From assembly GCA_000165425.1 (NCBI GenBank), contig CT868657.1, positions 270,205-334,204 of the forward strand: a DNA stretch of 64,000 nt, written 5' to 3'. Below, piece after piece: positions 1 through 12,401 of this stretch. Position 1 is the first letter of the stretch. Every line of letters starts with the position of its first letter. The notes beneath the pieces were generated by a model. That model was given only the letters and a program-made list of their open reading frames with translations. It was not told the DNA's origin and did not search any database. The stretch comes from Paramecium tetraurelia (Eukaryota). Both the position numbers and the translations under genes were made by a program.

Positions 1-420
1 TTCCAAAGTGCAATGAGATGGAATGGAGAAGGAGACCTTTTTTTGACTCTACGTCTCCTTGTTATTGCGGTTTTTTAGTAATCCTTTTGGTTTTATAGCT
101 AAATCAAGTTGTTCAGTCAAATCGTGATGTTTATTTGGCTTCAAAGTGTTTTTAGTCCCTTAAGTCTTTGATCTGGTTCTCCCAGTGATTTCTTCATCAT
201 CATTATTGCAAGTAAATTCATAATCCTCTTCTCTTTCAGAGACTAAGACAGGAGAGTGCATATGGAAGTATTATTTTATGTGGTCAAATTTATTTGATAC
301 TATAGCATGTGGAATTGTTTTAAAATGATATAATCTAACTAAGCCTCCATTATGTTCATCTTTAAAAGTAAGACTAATATTAATCAATCAAGGAAAGTAC
401 TTAAGAGTCTGATCAAGCAT
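1..420 (-). CDS. Hypothetical low-complexity protein, 5' part (runs off window start); RVxF-like motif KKVSF
   Basis: ATG at 420, one 27-nt intron (gtactttcc...attag), then an open ciliate-code frame MLDQTLNLTFKDEHNGGLVRLYHFK...KGLLKNRNNKETQSQKKVSFSIPSH to position 1. Confidence 0.7.
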
Positions 421-460
421 AAGTATTAATTTTTGATAAAATAATTTATATTCAAAGTTG

Positions 461-1087
461 TCACAATTCGATTTTGTAATATAATGGATAATTACAATTA
501 GTATAAATAATCGATTTATTTTATCGTTTGTTAGACTACCGTCTCTATAAACTTCTAGTTCTTTTGAAATTTTGTTAAACTCTGACTTATTCTGTTATTA
601 AAAATCTAACTGATTTTATAGTTTGAGATGAATTAGGTGATTAGGAATCACTATTAAATCTACTTTTTTTTATTATCCCTTTGTATTTTTATTTTTATTT
701 AGATTAATTATTTAATATTGGAGGAGAATAGCTTATTTTTTTAATACTTAATCTCTGATCGTGTTAAAAAGAACAATCATTAGTCTGATGTGCATTTATT
801 CTCATTGTTGTTGGACATGAATTATTAAATTATGATTATGCGCAGACTTGTGAAGATTTTTCAGATATTGCCTACATCGGACTACCTGGATCTTCAGGTT
901 ATTGAGGGTGTTCTTCTTCATTCTACAATTGTTATTTAGTTTTATTGCTTTCTAAAATCTACTTTTCAGGAAACCTATATTTTAAAGTTTAATAAGCTTA
1001 ATGCTTTTGTTATTCTACTTCATCAATAGAGAGCAGACTTTATAATAATACCATGGAATTTTAGGTTTAAGAACATTTAATTCCCAT
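461..1087 (-). CDS. Hypothetical protein with N-terminal MGIKCS (putative myristoylation/palmitoylation) and KSVRF motif
   Basis: Intronless 208-aa ciliate-code ORF from ATG 1087 to TGA 461-463. Confidence 0.75.
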
Positions 1088-1946
1088 AATGATGCGTTTC
1101 AACAATTATATGTTATCAATAATATATACTTTATCAAAATTCTAAAAAATTCTAAGAATTCAAAATTTATAATTGAAGAAGTAAAGAATAATCTTTATAA
1201 CTAAGATTTCTAATTTGATTTTCTAAAAGCAATAAAAAAAACTGCTATGAATTAAATTTTGATTATTCCTTATCTATTTTTTCAAAGTATAATAAATTGC
1301 TTTTTGTTGAATGTTTTCCAGATCAGTGTTCTGAATTTTCTAATGAGGATTTCCTCTTAATTTTAAGTCATAAAAATTTCGACTTAAATTGTATATAATA
1401 GGTATATGAACTTTCTCTTTCATCATGCAATAAAGAAATTAATTCAAATAATTTGCTAAGAGTTTCTACTAAATAGTAAAAAAAATACTTTTTAATAAAT
1501 TAACAATTTTGAACTCCATTTAAAATGATATATAAAGTATCCTTAAGGAAAAATTGAAAAATGTCTAGAGGAAAATTTAATTTAAAATAATTTGAATTTT
1601 ATATAATAAATTGAAGATGTAAAAAACAGAAAAAGTGAAATTATTCAAAATAACAGAAATAGAATGGCTGCTTCTACTTGATTCAGTGGTTCAAAAGAAA
1701 GGATACAAAAAGGGTTCAACCATTTTGAATGTCAGAATAGGTGATTTATGACTTAATTGAATGTTAAATTTCTTGGAACCTATGAGTTGAATCATTTAAT
1801 TAGAATTCAATCATGTTCAAAATAACCTGAAGTTAACATAATTGATTGGCAATTATTTTTCAATTTAATTTAGTATATGATGCATGTAATACATTTTATT
1901 TAGCAAGAAATTGCATAAATTAATAATCTAATGAACTTCTGAATTT

Positions 1947-2320
1947 TCAATAATAATTCATTGCAAAATCTTCAACTAGGAGATTATCATAATGTGATTC
2001 ACTTTGTAATTTTTCTTTTTTTAAATCGATGTTAAAAAGGAGTCTCAATACATCTTTGAATGTTAATGTTTAGATAAGGTTTCCAAAGAGATCATCATAA
2101 GCTTGTGTGTGTTCTTTATAGGCTTTGGCCAGACTTTCGTCCATCTAAATACAATTTTAGTATTTGAAAAATTCATTAGTTAAGGACATTCCACATAATA
2201 ATAACACTGTTTTATGTAATGTGAGAGACTTTCTCCACTTCATGAATACAATAGAAAAACAAAAAATCGGAACAAGAGCTAGTAATTAATGGTAATAATA
2301 AACCTGTGTTATGCACATAA
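1947..2320 (-). CDS. Possible small hydrophobic protein or gene remnant
   Basis: Open frame ...LLALVPIFCFSIVFMKWRKSLTLHKTVLLLCGMSLTNEFFKY...DESLAKAYKEHTQAYDDLFG... to TGA 1947-1949; 5' end not resolved, with an in-frame TGA upstream. Confidence 0.35.
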
Positions 2321-2761
2321 AACTTCATAAATTTAGGCAGGGATGATTTATTTAATGATTGCTATTGATTTGTGAAATATAATTCTTAAAGTTTATTTCC
2401 AATCGCAATCTTTTCACAAAGATTAAAGATGGTGGCATCTAAATATTTATAATCGTTTTTTATTTTATCATATTAAAGGATTGTGTCTTTATCTTCAAGA
2501 ATTTGATCATTATAATTGCTTGGAACGTATTCTGTTTTGCTTGATAATTATTTATATTTTCTTGTGTCCATTAATAAAAAATAAATTCATTTTTTAATGC
2601 TAATTAAGACCAAATAACTATTGAAAAGTAAGAAAGGAAATTGATTAAAATACTCGTTTAAATGGATAATTAAAGAAATTATAATTTATCCTTTTACATA
2701 ATCAATGCACAAAATGAAAAGTGTAAAGGGAATCAATGAGGGATTTTTAAATAAAAATTGT

Positions 2762-5429
2762 TCAACTATTTTATAGATACTTATATTTAGTCAATAATTC
2801 ATATAATTATAATCCTCTCTAATAAAGTTCCTCATTTTAATGGACCAATAATGCTACTTCCAATCCGAAGGATACTTTTTAAACTCTTTTAGAATGGAAG
2901 TCAATTCTATAAACAAAAATAAGATTTTTATTCGATTCAAATGCAACTTCCATTTCTCCTTATTGCAAACACTTTTACAAGAGCAATTCCTCATGATTTT
3001 AATAATGAGTAGCTGACAAAACAATAGGCGGTGTTGGAGTCATCTACATAAAGTATTCTAAGGCTGATTTGTGAAGGTTAGATCCAACTTAATACTTAAA
3101 GTCTTTAAAATAGATTAAAATTTACTTTTGCCAATTTCATCCATCAATACCAATGATCTACTTGAAACTTTTAAGGCAGAACTTAATTGCATCAATTCCA
3201 GATTGGTTACACTTAAATTCGATTATTACTTTCCCTCACATGGAAATAATGCATGAATCTCTTCTAATAGATATGTATCTACATTCAAAGCAGGAACTGG
3301 TAATCCACAATGAACCAAATAGATTATAATACCAATTTATCTAATAAATACTGATTTACCAGAGAAGTTTGGACCAACAATCAAGAATATTCTTTTGTCA
3401 TTCAAAACAAAGTCATTTGGTTAAAATTCAACATTTTACTTCTTTGTCTACTCAACCAATAAATGTCTCCCTCCTTGAATTTTCATTTGATTGTTGTTAT
3501 TTAATTTTGGAATGCAAAGTCTCATTTATGTAATTGCAATGCTTAATCCTATGTAATAATCAATTTCTCCCACTAATTATTCTATTTATTAGAGTTAATC
3601 AGAATATGATTAAATTTATTTCACAAGCTCTATCAAGATCTTTTCTTACATAGATATAATTTGATCCTCTAAATCACCGAATTAATCATCCAAACTAAGA
3701 GTGTATGAAGTCTTAAACACCACAAAGTTTTCAGCGTCTCTTTCACTGGCCATTTCCCATCCCAAAGTTTATACTTTATCCTCTAAGTTCAAATTTGATT
3801 AAACAACAAGCTTATATGAATTATTCACATATTTCACCTCTATTGATTGAGGTTTAATACCAACCAATGCTAATTCAGATTAATGCTTATTTTTTATTAG
3901 CTAAACCCTTGTTTTTAAATTAATCTACAAAGATAATAACTATTCGAGTTAAGGGTATTTTTGCTCTTTTATTTGTACATTTGATTAATTGAACAGCAAA
4001 GAAGTTTCAATGATATCAGACAATTGACATATACTTTCTAAATTCACATTGCTTAAATCCTTTAACAATTAACATGTCTATTATTAGGCCCTTCGATCTA
4101 TTACTACAAGCTATTTCACTACTGTTACAAACTCAATCAGATACTGCAGTTGCGTAAATAACTTAGAATATGGTTCGCTCTTCTCTTAATAAGTTGACAG
4201 AACCTTCAGGACTAAATAAACAATATTAAAATACTTTAAGTAAAAGATCCAATTTTACCTGGCATCTTTATGAATTTTTAATTTGAAGGCTAGAGAGATA
4301 ATTGCTGAAATATGTATAGATTCTATAATCTTTTATTTATTATTTAATAAGATGATACTGGATTCTTTAGATAATCCAAAAATATTTTCTTAGCATAAAA
4401 CGTTTGAAAGTGTTTTTCGAATAATTATTATATGCTCAATTACTTATTCTCCTATTTTAATATTCCTAATTGATTTTATAATGAATCATTAAACTTAAGT
4501 TTACATCCTTTCTCACTTTCCTACAGTTAATTAATTATTGTGTCTAAATTGAATCGAGTTAAGATTGGTAAGGCAGAACACAAGTTTATATATATTTACT
4601 TATCAATTAATGTTTCATTGTAAATCTCTGGATGCATAAACCCAACTTATGCCAACTTATCCTAAATGTTATATTCTTCCCACTGCATGAAATTACAAAA
4701 TTTAACAACTCCTTAAATAATTTGTTTAATAGACATTAGCAATTACTGAGGAAAGTTTATGGAGTAAAAAATTATTAAAGTATCAATCTGGTACTCATTC
4801 AAATATTATCTAATTTTTGTTATTTAACTCTAATCTATTGTCACTAACAATACGCTATCTTTCATCGAATATGTGATCCCAATCTAAGGTTTGTAATAAT
4901 AGATTGATATTTTATAGTCATCTACATTATTATCATTGAAATGCAGTTTCTAGAATTGTTAACTAAATCTTAAGCTATCAAGATCCTCTTAAATAAAGTT
5001 ATTCATCTTTTAAAGAGGAGATAATATTTTGCTCCCAATCAAAGCTTAATTAGATTGGTATTATCCTAAACCATTTTATAAACTTGGTTTTTAATAATTA
5101 AAATCAGAACTAGAATTTAAGTGATTAAATTTATAAATTTAATTGTTATTCCTACAATTATTACCATTCTCCATTTCAAACTTGTAATCCTCGAATATAG
5201 ATGATTTCCTTAATCCACAATCCAAACTAGTTTAATATTATTATTATTGTTATTGTTGTTGTTATTGCTATTATCGTAGTTTTCTATCACTAAAATTTGA
5301 GTCAAACTTAAATTTGAAAGCAGAACCATTTAAATCTTTCAAAATTCTGTCTGGCTGCTATTGCTATTTGATTTCTGATTGATATAATTAAGAAAGACTC
5401 AAATTTATTGGAGTATGAATTGGTTTCAT
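2762..5429 (-). CDS. MSH5: MutS-family ATPase, most like meiotic MSH5
   Basis: QGGRHLLVE, PNDF, Walker A GPNFSGKSVFIRQIGII, Walker B SLVLMDEIGK, SATHY, SFGLEVA; N-terminus is low-complexity and I see no mismatch-recognition domain. Confidence 0.8.
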
Positions 5430-5535
5430 AATTATAAATAATGAATCAAAAATACTTTGAATTATCTATATGAACTCTGCTCCAGCAGAAACTATAATAT
5501 TCAGAAATTATAAATATATATAATTATAAATTATT

Positions 5536-6503
5536 ATGAACGTTGCAGATAGAGGAATGCATATAATTCTCTTGTATTTGAGAATGAATGCTTATACAAT
5601 TCTATCAATTTAAATGCTTACCAAGGTTAATCAATCATGTTCAAGTAGAAATAATCTAAAATTTAGATGATGGACTATAATTTTTATAGGTTTCTGTTAA
5701 GGGGCAAGCTTCATGATAATTCTCAATTTGTTAGCATTCTTATATGTGAAGGCTAAAGAGAAAATGCAAGTTTCTGACAATTTCTTGTTAGCCTTTTTAA
5801 ATATTTGTTGGGGAATCATAGAATTTATGAAGAGCTATCAGACTACCCAAATCAATATGAATGAATGCGAATATGTCATTAGTGTTTAGCAATTAACCTT
5901 TTACTTCTAGGCAACAACTGCGTTATGGGTAATTTAATGAAATTAATTTAGGTTGTATTAGCATTGTTTTTCAGTTAAATTGTTATAAGAATAACCAGTC
6001 TACCAATAAATTGCATTTCTCTATATCTAATATTAGTGAATCAGAAACAAAGCTGTTTGGAAGACAATATTTATTATTTGATGATATTTTCAACAGTTTG
6101 GCTAATTGTATTAGGAATTCCATATAATTTCTTTATGAGTGCAAACAAAAGAGTAGCAGGCCCTTACTAATTTCTGGCAACAATCGGAATTCTAGCCCAG
6201 ATACCAGTATGTGGTAAGCTATGCATATTTAATATAGTTTTGATTTATATGTAAGGAATGAACTATAAAGATGATGCATGTCAAATAGCATATAGTGCCT
6301 AAGAAATGTTTATGGTTATCTCAGTATTACAATTAGTGCTATTGCTTATATATTTTATCTATTACAAAGTAACATTTTCAATTTTAATTTAGAAATTCGA
6401 AAAAGAAAGAAAAAATTAAGAAATATCAAAAGAGTTAGTAAATTTATCAACAACAACTACAACTACTAAATTAACAAGTACTAAGTATACAATAAAAAAA
6501 TGA
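5536..6503 (+). CDS. Multi-pass membrane protein (loosely cystinosin/PQ-loop-like); 5' structure uncertain
   Basis: Several hydrophobic segments and about 4 canonical tiny introns, TGA at 6501-6503; in-frame TGA at 5668-5670 near the start. Confidence 0.55.
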
Positions 6504-6551
6504 AATGTAAATTTAATTTCTTTACTCTTAAAAATTAGAAATAATAAATTA

Positions 6552-7596
6552 TCAAACCTTTTCTCCCTTTTCAACCTTTTCTCCCTTTTCCACCTTTTCT
6601 CCCTTTTCCACCTTTTCTCCCTTTTCAACCTATTCTCCCTTTTCAACCTTTTCCTTTTCCTTCATAATCGTATCAATATCCTTTTTTGGATATGTGTACT
6701 TGGTTATTTTCCTCTTCATTTTTTATTTGGGCCAAATTTTCTCATTGGTCAAATCTTCTTCATTTATTTTTCCCTCTTCTTTATCAATATTTTTGATTTA
6801 TTTATTGAACTCTTTGATAGCTTCATCTGCATTAAATAATTCTTATCTTTCATATTTCATTTAAGATCTACCTAGTAGTTAAAGAATATGTTTGATTAAT
6901 TTATCTTTCAATCTTCAACTATGGAATCTGTTAAGGCTATTCAATTTCACCTATTTTCTCAAATTCGTATTCTAGTTCTATTTGTGGTTATTTTTCTTCG
7001 TCTTTCGATCTATATTATTCTGAAGTGTCCTGATACTCACGAGATCTAATACTACTTAATGGTTTCATAAATTATTCACACATGTCCCTAAACTAAAATT
7101 ATCATATATGCTTAACTTTATAGAAAATATTTTTGCATATCAACACTTCATTTTCAAAACAAACAGTGCTAACAATGATTCTCTTTTGCTTTTTCAGAAT
7201 GGTTTCTGCTGCTATTACCTTAATCTGCAAATCCTAAAATGTGATTTTGGATCCTATTTTTATATTTCTTTAAGGTTATAATTTTTTAAAGGGTGGAGAA
7301 ATTTCTGTGAGAAATCTTTATGCCAATTCATCAGAATAATCACATATTCTACATAGGGGAGGTTCGACATTTTCATTCATAAGAATGATCTCTTTCTCTT
7401 CTTGGATTGCTTATTCTTTGGCCTATTGAAATGGCATCACTCCCAAGAGTTTATACTTATCATCAATAACTCTGACTTCTCCCTGATATTGGATATTCTC
7501 ATTGACTGGATAGGGTTTAACCTTAAGCAATGCTGATACTCGTTGAATAATTATGGGATTAAATTTGTAGATTCCGAAGCAATATTTCAATATCAT
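6552..7596 (-). CDS. MTIF3: Mitochondrial translation initiation factor IF-3
   Basis: Basic N-terminal presequence, then VNENIQYQGEVRVIDDKYKLLGVMPFQQAKEQAIQEEKEIILMNENVEPPLCRICDY, matching the IF3 N-domain pattern. Confidence 0.8.
6555..6660 (-). repeat. 18-bp coding minisatellite (EKGEKV) x5 plus a partial unit at the IF3 C-terminus
   Basis: Unit GAAAAGGGAGAAAAGGT(T/G) repeated right up to the TGA. Confidence 0.9.
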
Positions 7597-7693
7597 ATTA
7601 TTTCCTTGAAGCTGTGTATATAATATATTGTTATTATTGATAAATAATATTGTTGTAAATCAATATAATTTTCATTCACATATTTCATAAACA

Positions 7694-8956
7694 ATGTATG
7701 CTCCTGATTTAAGAAGAGGACCAACCACAACAACCTTTTTAGGAACAGCAACCTACATCACAGAACCTTAGGAATAGAACAAAGCCACAACCATATTAAA
7801 GATTGAAGAAGCTTAACCACCAAATACTTTCGATGAACTCTACACGCCACTCCCAAACCAAGTGGAATTCAAGAAAATCAACACAAATGTGTTAAATAGT
7901 ATGAAATTCCCCTCCAAATCAAATGACAAAGAAGATGGTTTATTAGAAGTAAACTTAAGATCATATTATAAAGGTAAAATCCATGTTTACATAATGGCAG
8001 AAATATTTGAACTTAGAAGAACACAAAGCTGTTGTTTCAGATTCCTTTTGGTATGTCGTTACCAAATTTTTTAAGAGAGAAATCCAACCTGATGAAACTT
8101 CTGAAACCTACCCCAAGATTAACTTTAACAAATTGCCAAAGGAGGATTAAAAGTTGCTCACCAGAATATCTAGGAATTATATCAATTTATTTTTGACAAT
8201 CGATCGTAAAGATGATAGACAATTATTTTTTAAGACTTACTTTGATATTTTAGCCTAAAGCGTATTCTATGCCTTATTTTACTCATTCCCTTTGAGTAGG
8301 AGCAAATTCAATGATGATTTGAAAAAGTAATTATTGGATGAGTTCTCATATCTATTTACAGGAATAGAGATAGCGAATAGTTAAAAGTATCTGAAAGAGT
8401 GGAACCTAGATTTAGGAGCAGGCAATATATTCAAAAAGTAAGCAGAGTAGAAGTTTGCCAAGCAATAACAATATGAGTAATCACTCCCACCTATTGTTTT
8501 GAGTTAAACGACAGTCAAGGCAAGAAACAAGAGAGTTATGGTACCAATTAAATGTAAATATTATGTATAAATACCGTAGTTTCTCCAATTGTGCAGATCT
8601 ATCTTGCTGAGAACAAATATTCAACAAGGAATTAAATATAAGAATACAAAATGAAATTTACTGAATCTGAAAAAAATTAAGATGAACTTGAGTTAAAGTT
8701 TGCTCGATATATTAAATTGGCTGATCAATTGAAATCTGAAGCTATAGCTATGAGAGATGACAACGAGAATAGAAAGAAGAAGATGAAATCAGAGATCAAG
8801 ACAATCAAATAAGAGACTGTGAATCATCACAAGAGATTGGAGAAGAGAAAAGCTGAAGAATTGGAGAGAGGTGCTCATGAATATGCCAATTACTTAGTAT
8901 CTATGTTAAATGCAGGAATTACAGTGGCCAATTTAGGTGTAAGTAAATAAAAATGA
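7694..8956 (+). CDS. FAM227 (FWWh domain)-like protein
   Basis: SDSFWYVVTKFF...RISRNYINLF...YFDILAQSVFYALFYSFPLSRSKFNDDLKKQLLDEFSYLFTG; tiny introns; TGA 8954-8956. Confidence 0.7.
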
Positions 8957-8964
8957 TACTATAA

Positions 8965-10435
8965 TCAAAAATATTTATATCCTTCAAATAAACATTAAAC
9001 ACTCTTTCTTCTTAGCAAGGTTGAGGCTTCTTCTTAAGGTTCCGAATCAGCAGATATCTGGCTTTGGTAATCAAAATTGCCATCTATGTTCTAAATCATC
9101 ATTATATGTATACTCCAGGTATATAAGGTGCTTGGATCTCTTTGTTTAACAATTTACCCCAATTGTAATTGCTTAGCCAAGGGTGTTCAAACAACTCATG
9201 TATTCCCTAAGCGCCTAATCTTTATTAAGGTTTACGTATCAATAACTAAGATTATGGTAATACTTACTCTGTTTATAAAATCTTGAACTTTGCCTGAGTA
9301 TTTGTCATCTCTCATTTAAACTTGTTTAGCCAATATCTACTCTCTGATTTCTTATCTGTTTCTTCCATTATATGGACGTTTTCCAAGAAGTAATTCGAAT
9401 GCTATGACTCCGACAGCATAATAGTCTACTGGGAATGAATGATCCATTCTACACATGACTTCAGGAGCCATGTAGCCAGGAGTTCCTGATGTATCACTGG
9501 CTGAGGAATCCTTATTCAATCGTGCGACTCCAAGATCAGTCAATCTCAAGTAGCCATCCTTATCAAACACCAAATTCTCGGGTTTGATGTCTCTGTGGAT
9601 GATACCATTTTAATGCAAGTATTACAATGACAATAAGATACAACACACAAAAAACTCTGATTTTATAAATGTTAATATTTACTTGTTTATTCTTCGGTGA
9701 ATCTCTTTTATCGGCCAATGTGATAACGAAGATCGCCTCCTCTTAGGAGATCAAGAACTAAGAATAGATTTTCTCTATCTTGGTATGCGTAATGCATATT
9801 GACAAGGAAAGGATGTTTGAGATGCTCAAGAAGGTATTTCTCATTCATGACTGAATTAACAGATCGTTTGGATATGATCCTTATTTAATGTATGCTTGGT
9901 ATACTTTGCTTTAATCATTTCTTTCAATGCGAACTCCTGTTTATTGGCTTTCATCTCGACTCTCCACACTTTTCCGAAGCCTCCTTTCCCAATTACGTAG
10001 AGGTATTTAAAGGAGTGCTTGCCAATAACTAAATAGGGGATTAGCGAATATCATACTATTGTCTTTGGGAGGGGAGGACTCGACCGAGGTTTTCCTGGTT
10101 CTGCCATAATTGTTTGTTGAATTAGTGGAAGCTGAGACATTGACTGAGACTCTCCCCATGTAATTGGATTATTGTCTGGAGATGGATCGATTGAATGGCT
10201 GGATTGGTTTTGGTTGTTCGACAGTGCATTTGGAAACAGGAGAATTCTCATCATACACAATCGAGTTTTTCATGCTTAACATCGAAGAAGAACGTTTACG
10301 AGCACAAATCAGACAGTTTCTTTGATTGCATTGACAGTAGGATTCCACTTTTTTGGAGATTTTAAACCGAATTTTGTTTAGATTGAATTATGATGGGTTT
10401 TTGTTTGGAATTATGTCTTTGAGAGAAACATTCAT
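8965..10435 (-). CDS. AGC-family Ser/Thr protein kinase
   Basis: IGKGGFGKVW, ALKEM, HRDIKPEN, TDLG, SGTPGYMAPE; several tiny introns. Confidence 0.92.
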
Positions 10436-10477
10436 TAATTATAAATTGAATTGGTAATCATAAATAAAATTAAATTT

Positions 10478-10593
10478 ATGTCATCTGCTCTATTCGCCAT
10501 AGGTTGTGGCCTAATCGTAGTGGGAGGGGGACAAAACTACTCATTCGCACCTACAGACAAATCAAGAGCAAGGAGTTTTTCAAGACTGTGGAA
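10478..10593 (+). CDS. PAM18: Pam18/Tim14 (DNAJC19)-like import motor J-protein, 5' fragment cut by the gap; apparent 1-nt deletion in the G-run
   Basis: MSSALFAIGCGLIVVGGG then TKLLIRTYRQIKSKEFFKTVE in the shifted frame: N-terminal TM plus basic linker typical of Pam18; the J-domain itself is not visible. Confidence 0.55.
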
Positions 10594-10743
10594 NNNNNNN
10601 NNNNNNNNNNNNNNNNNNNNNNNNNNNNNNNNNNNNNNNNNNNNNNNNNNNNNNNNNNNNNNNNNNNNNNNNNNNNNNNNNNNNNNNNNNNNNNNNNNNN
10701 NNNNNNNNNNNNNNNNNNNNNNNNNNNNNNNNNNNNNNNNNNN
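10594..10743. other. Assembly gap (150 N)
   Basis: Run of N. Confidence 1.
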
Positions 10744-12353
10744 CTGTATGGTATATTAATCTCTTCATCATAAGCATATTCTTTAACACCGATTGCCTTT
10801 GGAATATACACACTTTAATTAGTATACATTATTTTAATGAATAAATTATTGCTCATAATTCTGAATTGCTGTTTGGGTAGTTTATTTATGGGGTTCTGTT
10901 TGGGTCAGATGAATGTGATTAGTACAGAAGTATATAATGTCTATAAAATTGATGATACTTTTACCAAAGGTCTGATGCAATGTAAAATTATATCCGTTTT
11001 CGTTCAGCCCTATTAACCATAGGAGGAGGAGTAGGTTCCATATCAGCATCAATATTGATGGGCTTGTTTTCCAGGAGAAAGTGTCTCCAGATAACCGATG
11101 TCTTTGGAATGATGGCAATAATGATAGCATTCATGGATGAGAGCAGATACTTACTATTGGCTTCTCGGTTCTTTGTCGGACTTGTATTAGGACTTAATGG
11201 AGTCCTAGTACCTGTTTATATAAACGAGATGTCACCAAAGGAGAAAGCAGGCATCTTGGGAACAATGAATCAACTATTTATAACTTTAGGAATATTGACT
11301 ACATTTTTGATGTCCTCATTTTCAGATGCATCATTGCCTATCCCATTTTATAAATTGATGCTGTATCTACCTATGATACCTTGTATAATAAGAGCTAGTG
11401 CATTGTCAACTGTGTTTAAATATGAAACACCTGTATATTGCGCTAAACATCATTTAAAGTATCAATAAAATCAAAACAAAGTTAGCAATTACATAAAGTT
11501 GTGGAAATGATATACGAAGAAAAAGCAGAGAAAATGTATGAATAATTTTAATAATCACAAAAATCAACAGAAAGGAGTATGACTATAAATCAATTACTAT
11601 CTTCAAAGTACAGAAGTCGATTGATTATCGGAATTTCTCTTGCTTCTTTACAACAGTTAGGAGGCATAAATGGGATTATGTTTTATTCTTCTTCTATATT
11701 TGATTAAGTATATACTATATGAATCAACTTAGGTGACTGGCCAAGCAGCAAAGAAAGTGTTTTATTTAAATTTAATAGTTGGCTTTATTGGAGTGTTTAC
11801 AGCCTTATTAGCAACTGTAATAATCGAGTAATTTGGAAGGTATGATTAATAAGAAATTATAAATTAGAAAGCCAATTTTAAAATATGGAACCCTATGGTG
11901 CTGTGTAAGTTTATTGATGCTGACATTTGTAATGTCCAATAGCATAGGGGATACATCATATGGATCGTATTTGATAGTGATTTGTATATTCTCCTATCTA
12001 TTTGGTTTTGGATTCTCCTTGGGCCCATTATTATTTATTTATTTGACTGAAATATTGCCAGATTTGGGAGTGAGTGCCAGTAGTTTAATGAATTGGATGT
12101 CGGGAGGATTAGTAGCCTAGATGTTTCCGATTATAGCATCATACGATATATCCTATTGTTTTGGCATATTCTCCATATTTAACTTTGCAGCGTATCTTTA
12201 CAGTTTAATTAGCATACTAGTTACTTGATCATCCAATAGAAAGTGATTGAAACGAAAGGATTAGATAGGGAAAGTGTGGACAAATATTTTGAGAATCAAA
12301 AGTTTGATTAGATGCCTTATTAGGAGGTTTACTAAGAAGATAGGTTTCGTTGA
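10744..12353 (+). CDS. MFS sugar (hexose) transporter, 5' end in the gap
   Basis: [61 protein letters not shown] 12351-12353. Confidence 0.9.
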
Positions 12354-12401
12354 AATAGAAGTGGGTGAAGTATCTTTGTCAATCATAATTATATATAAAT
12401 A

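Noticed and set aside
6416..6646. Supplied ORF with KREKRW repeats
   Set aside because: Wrong frame of the IF3 EKGEKV repeat
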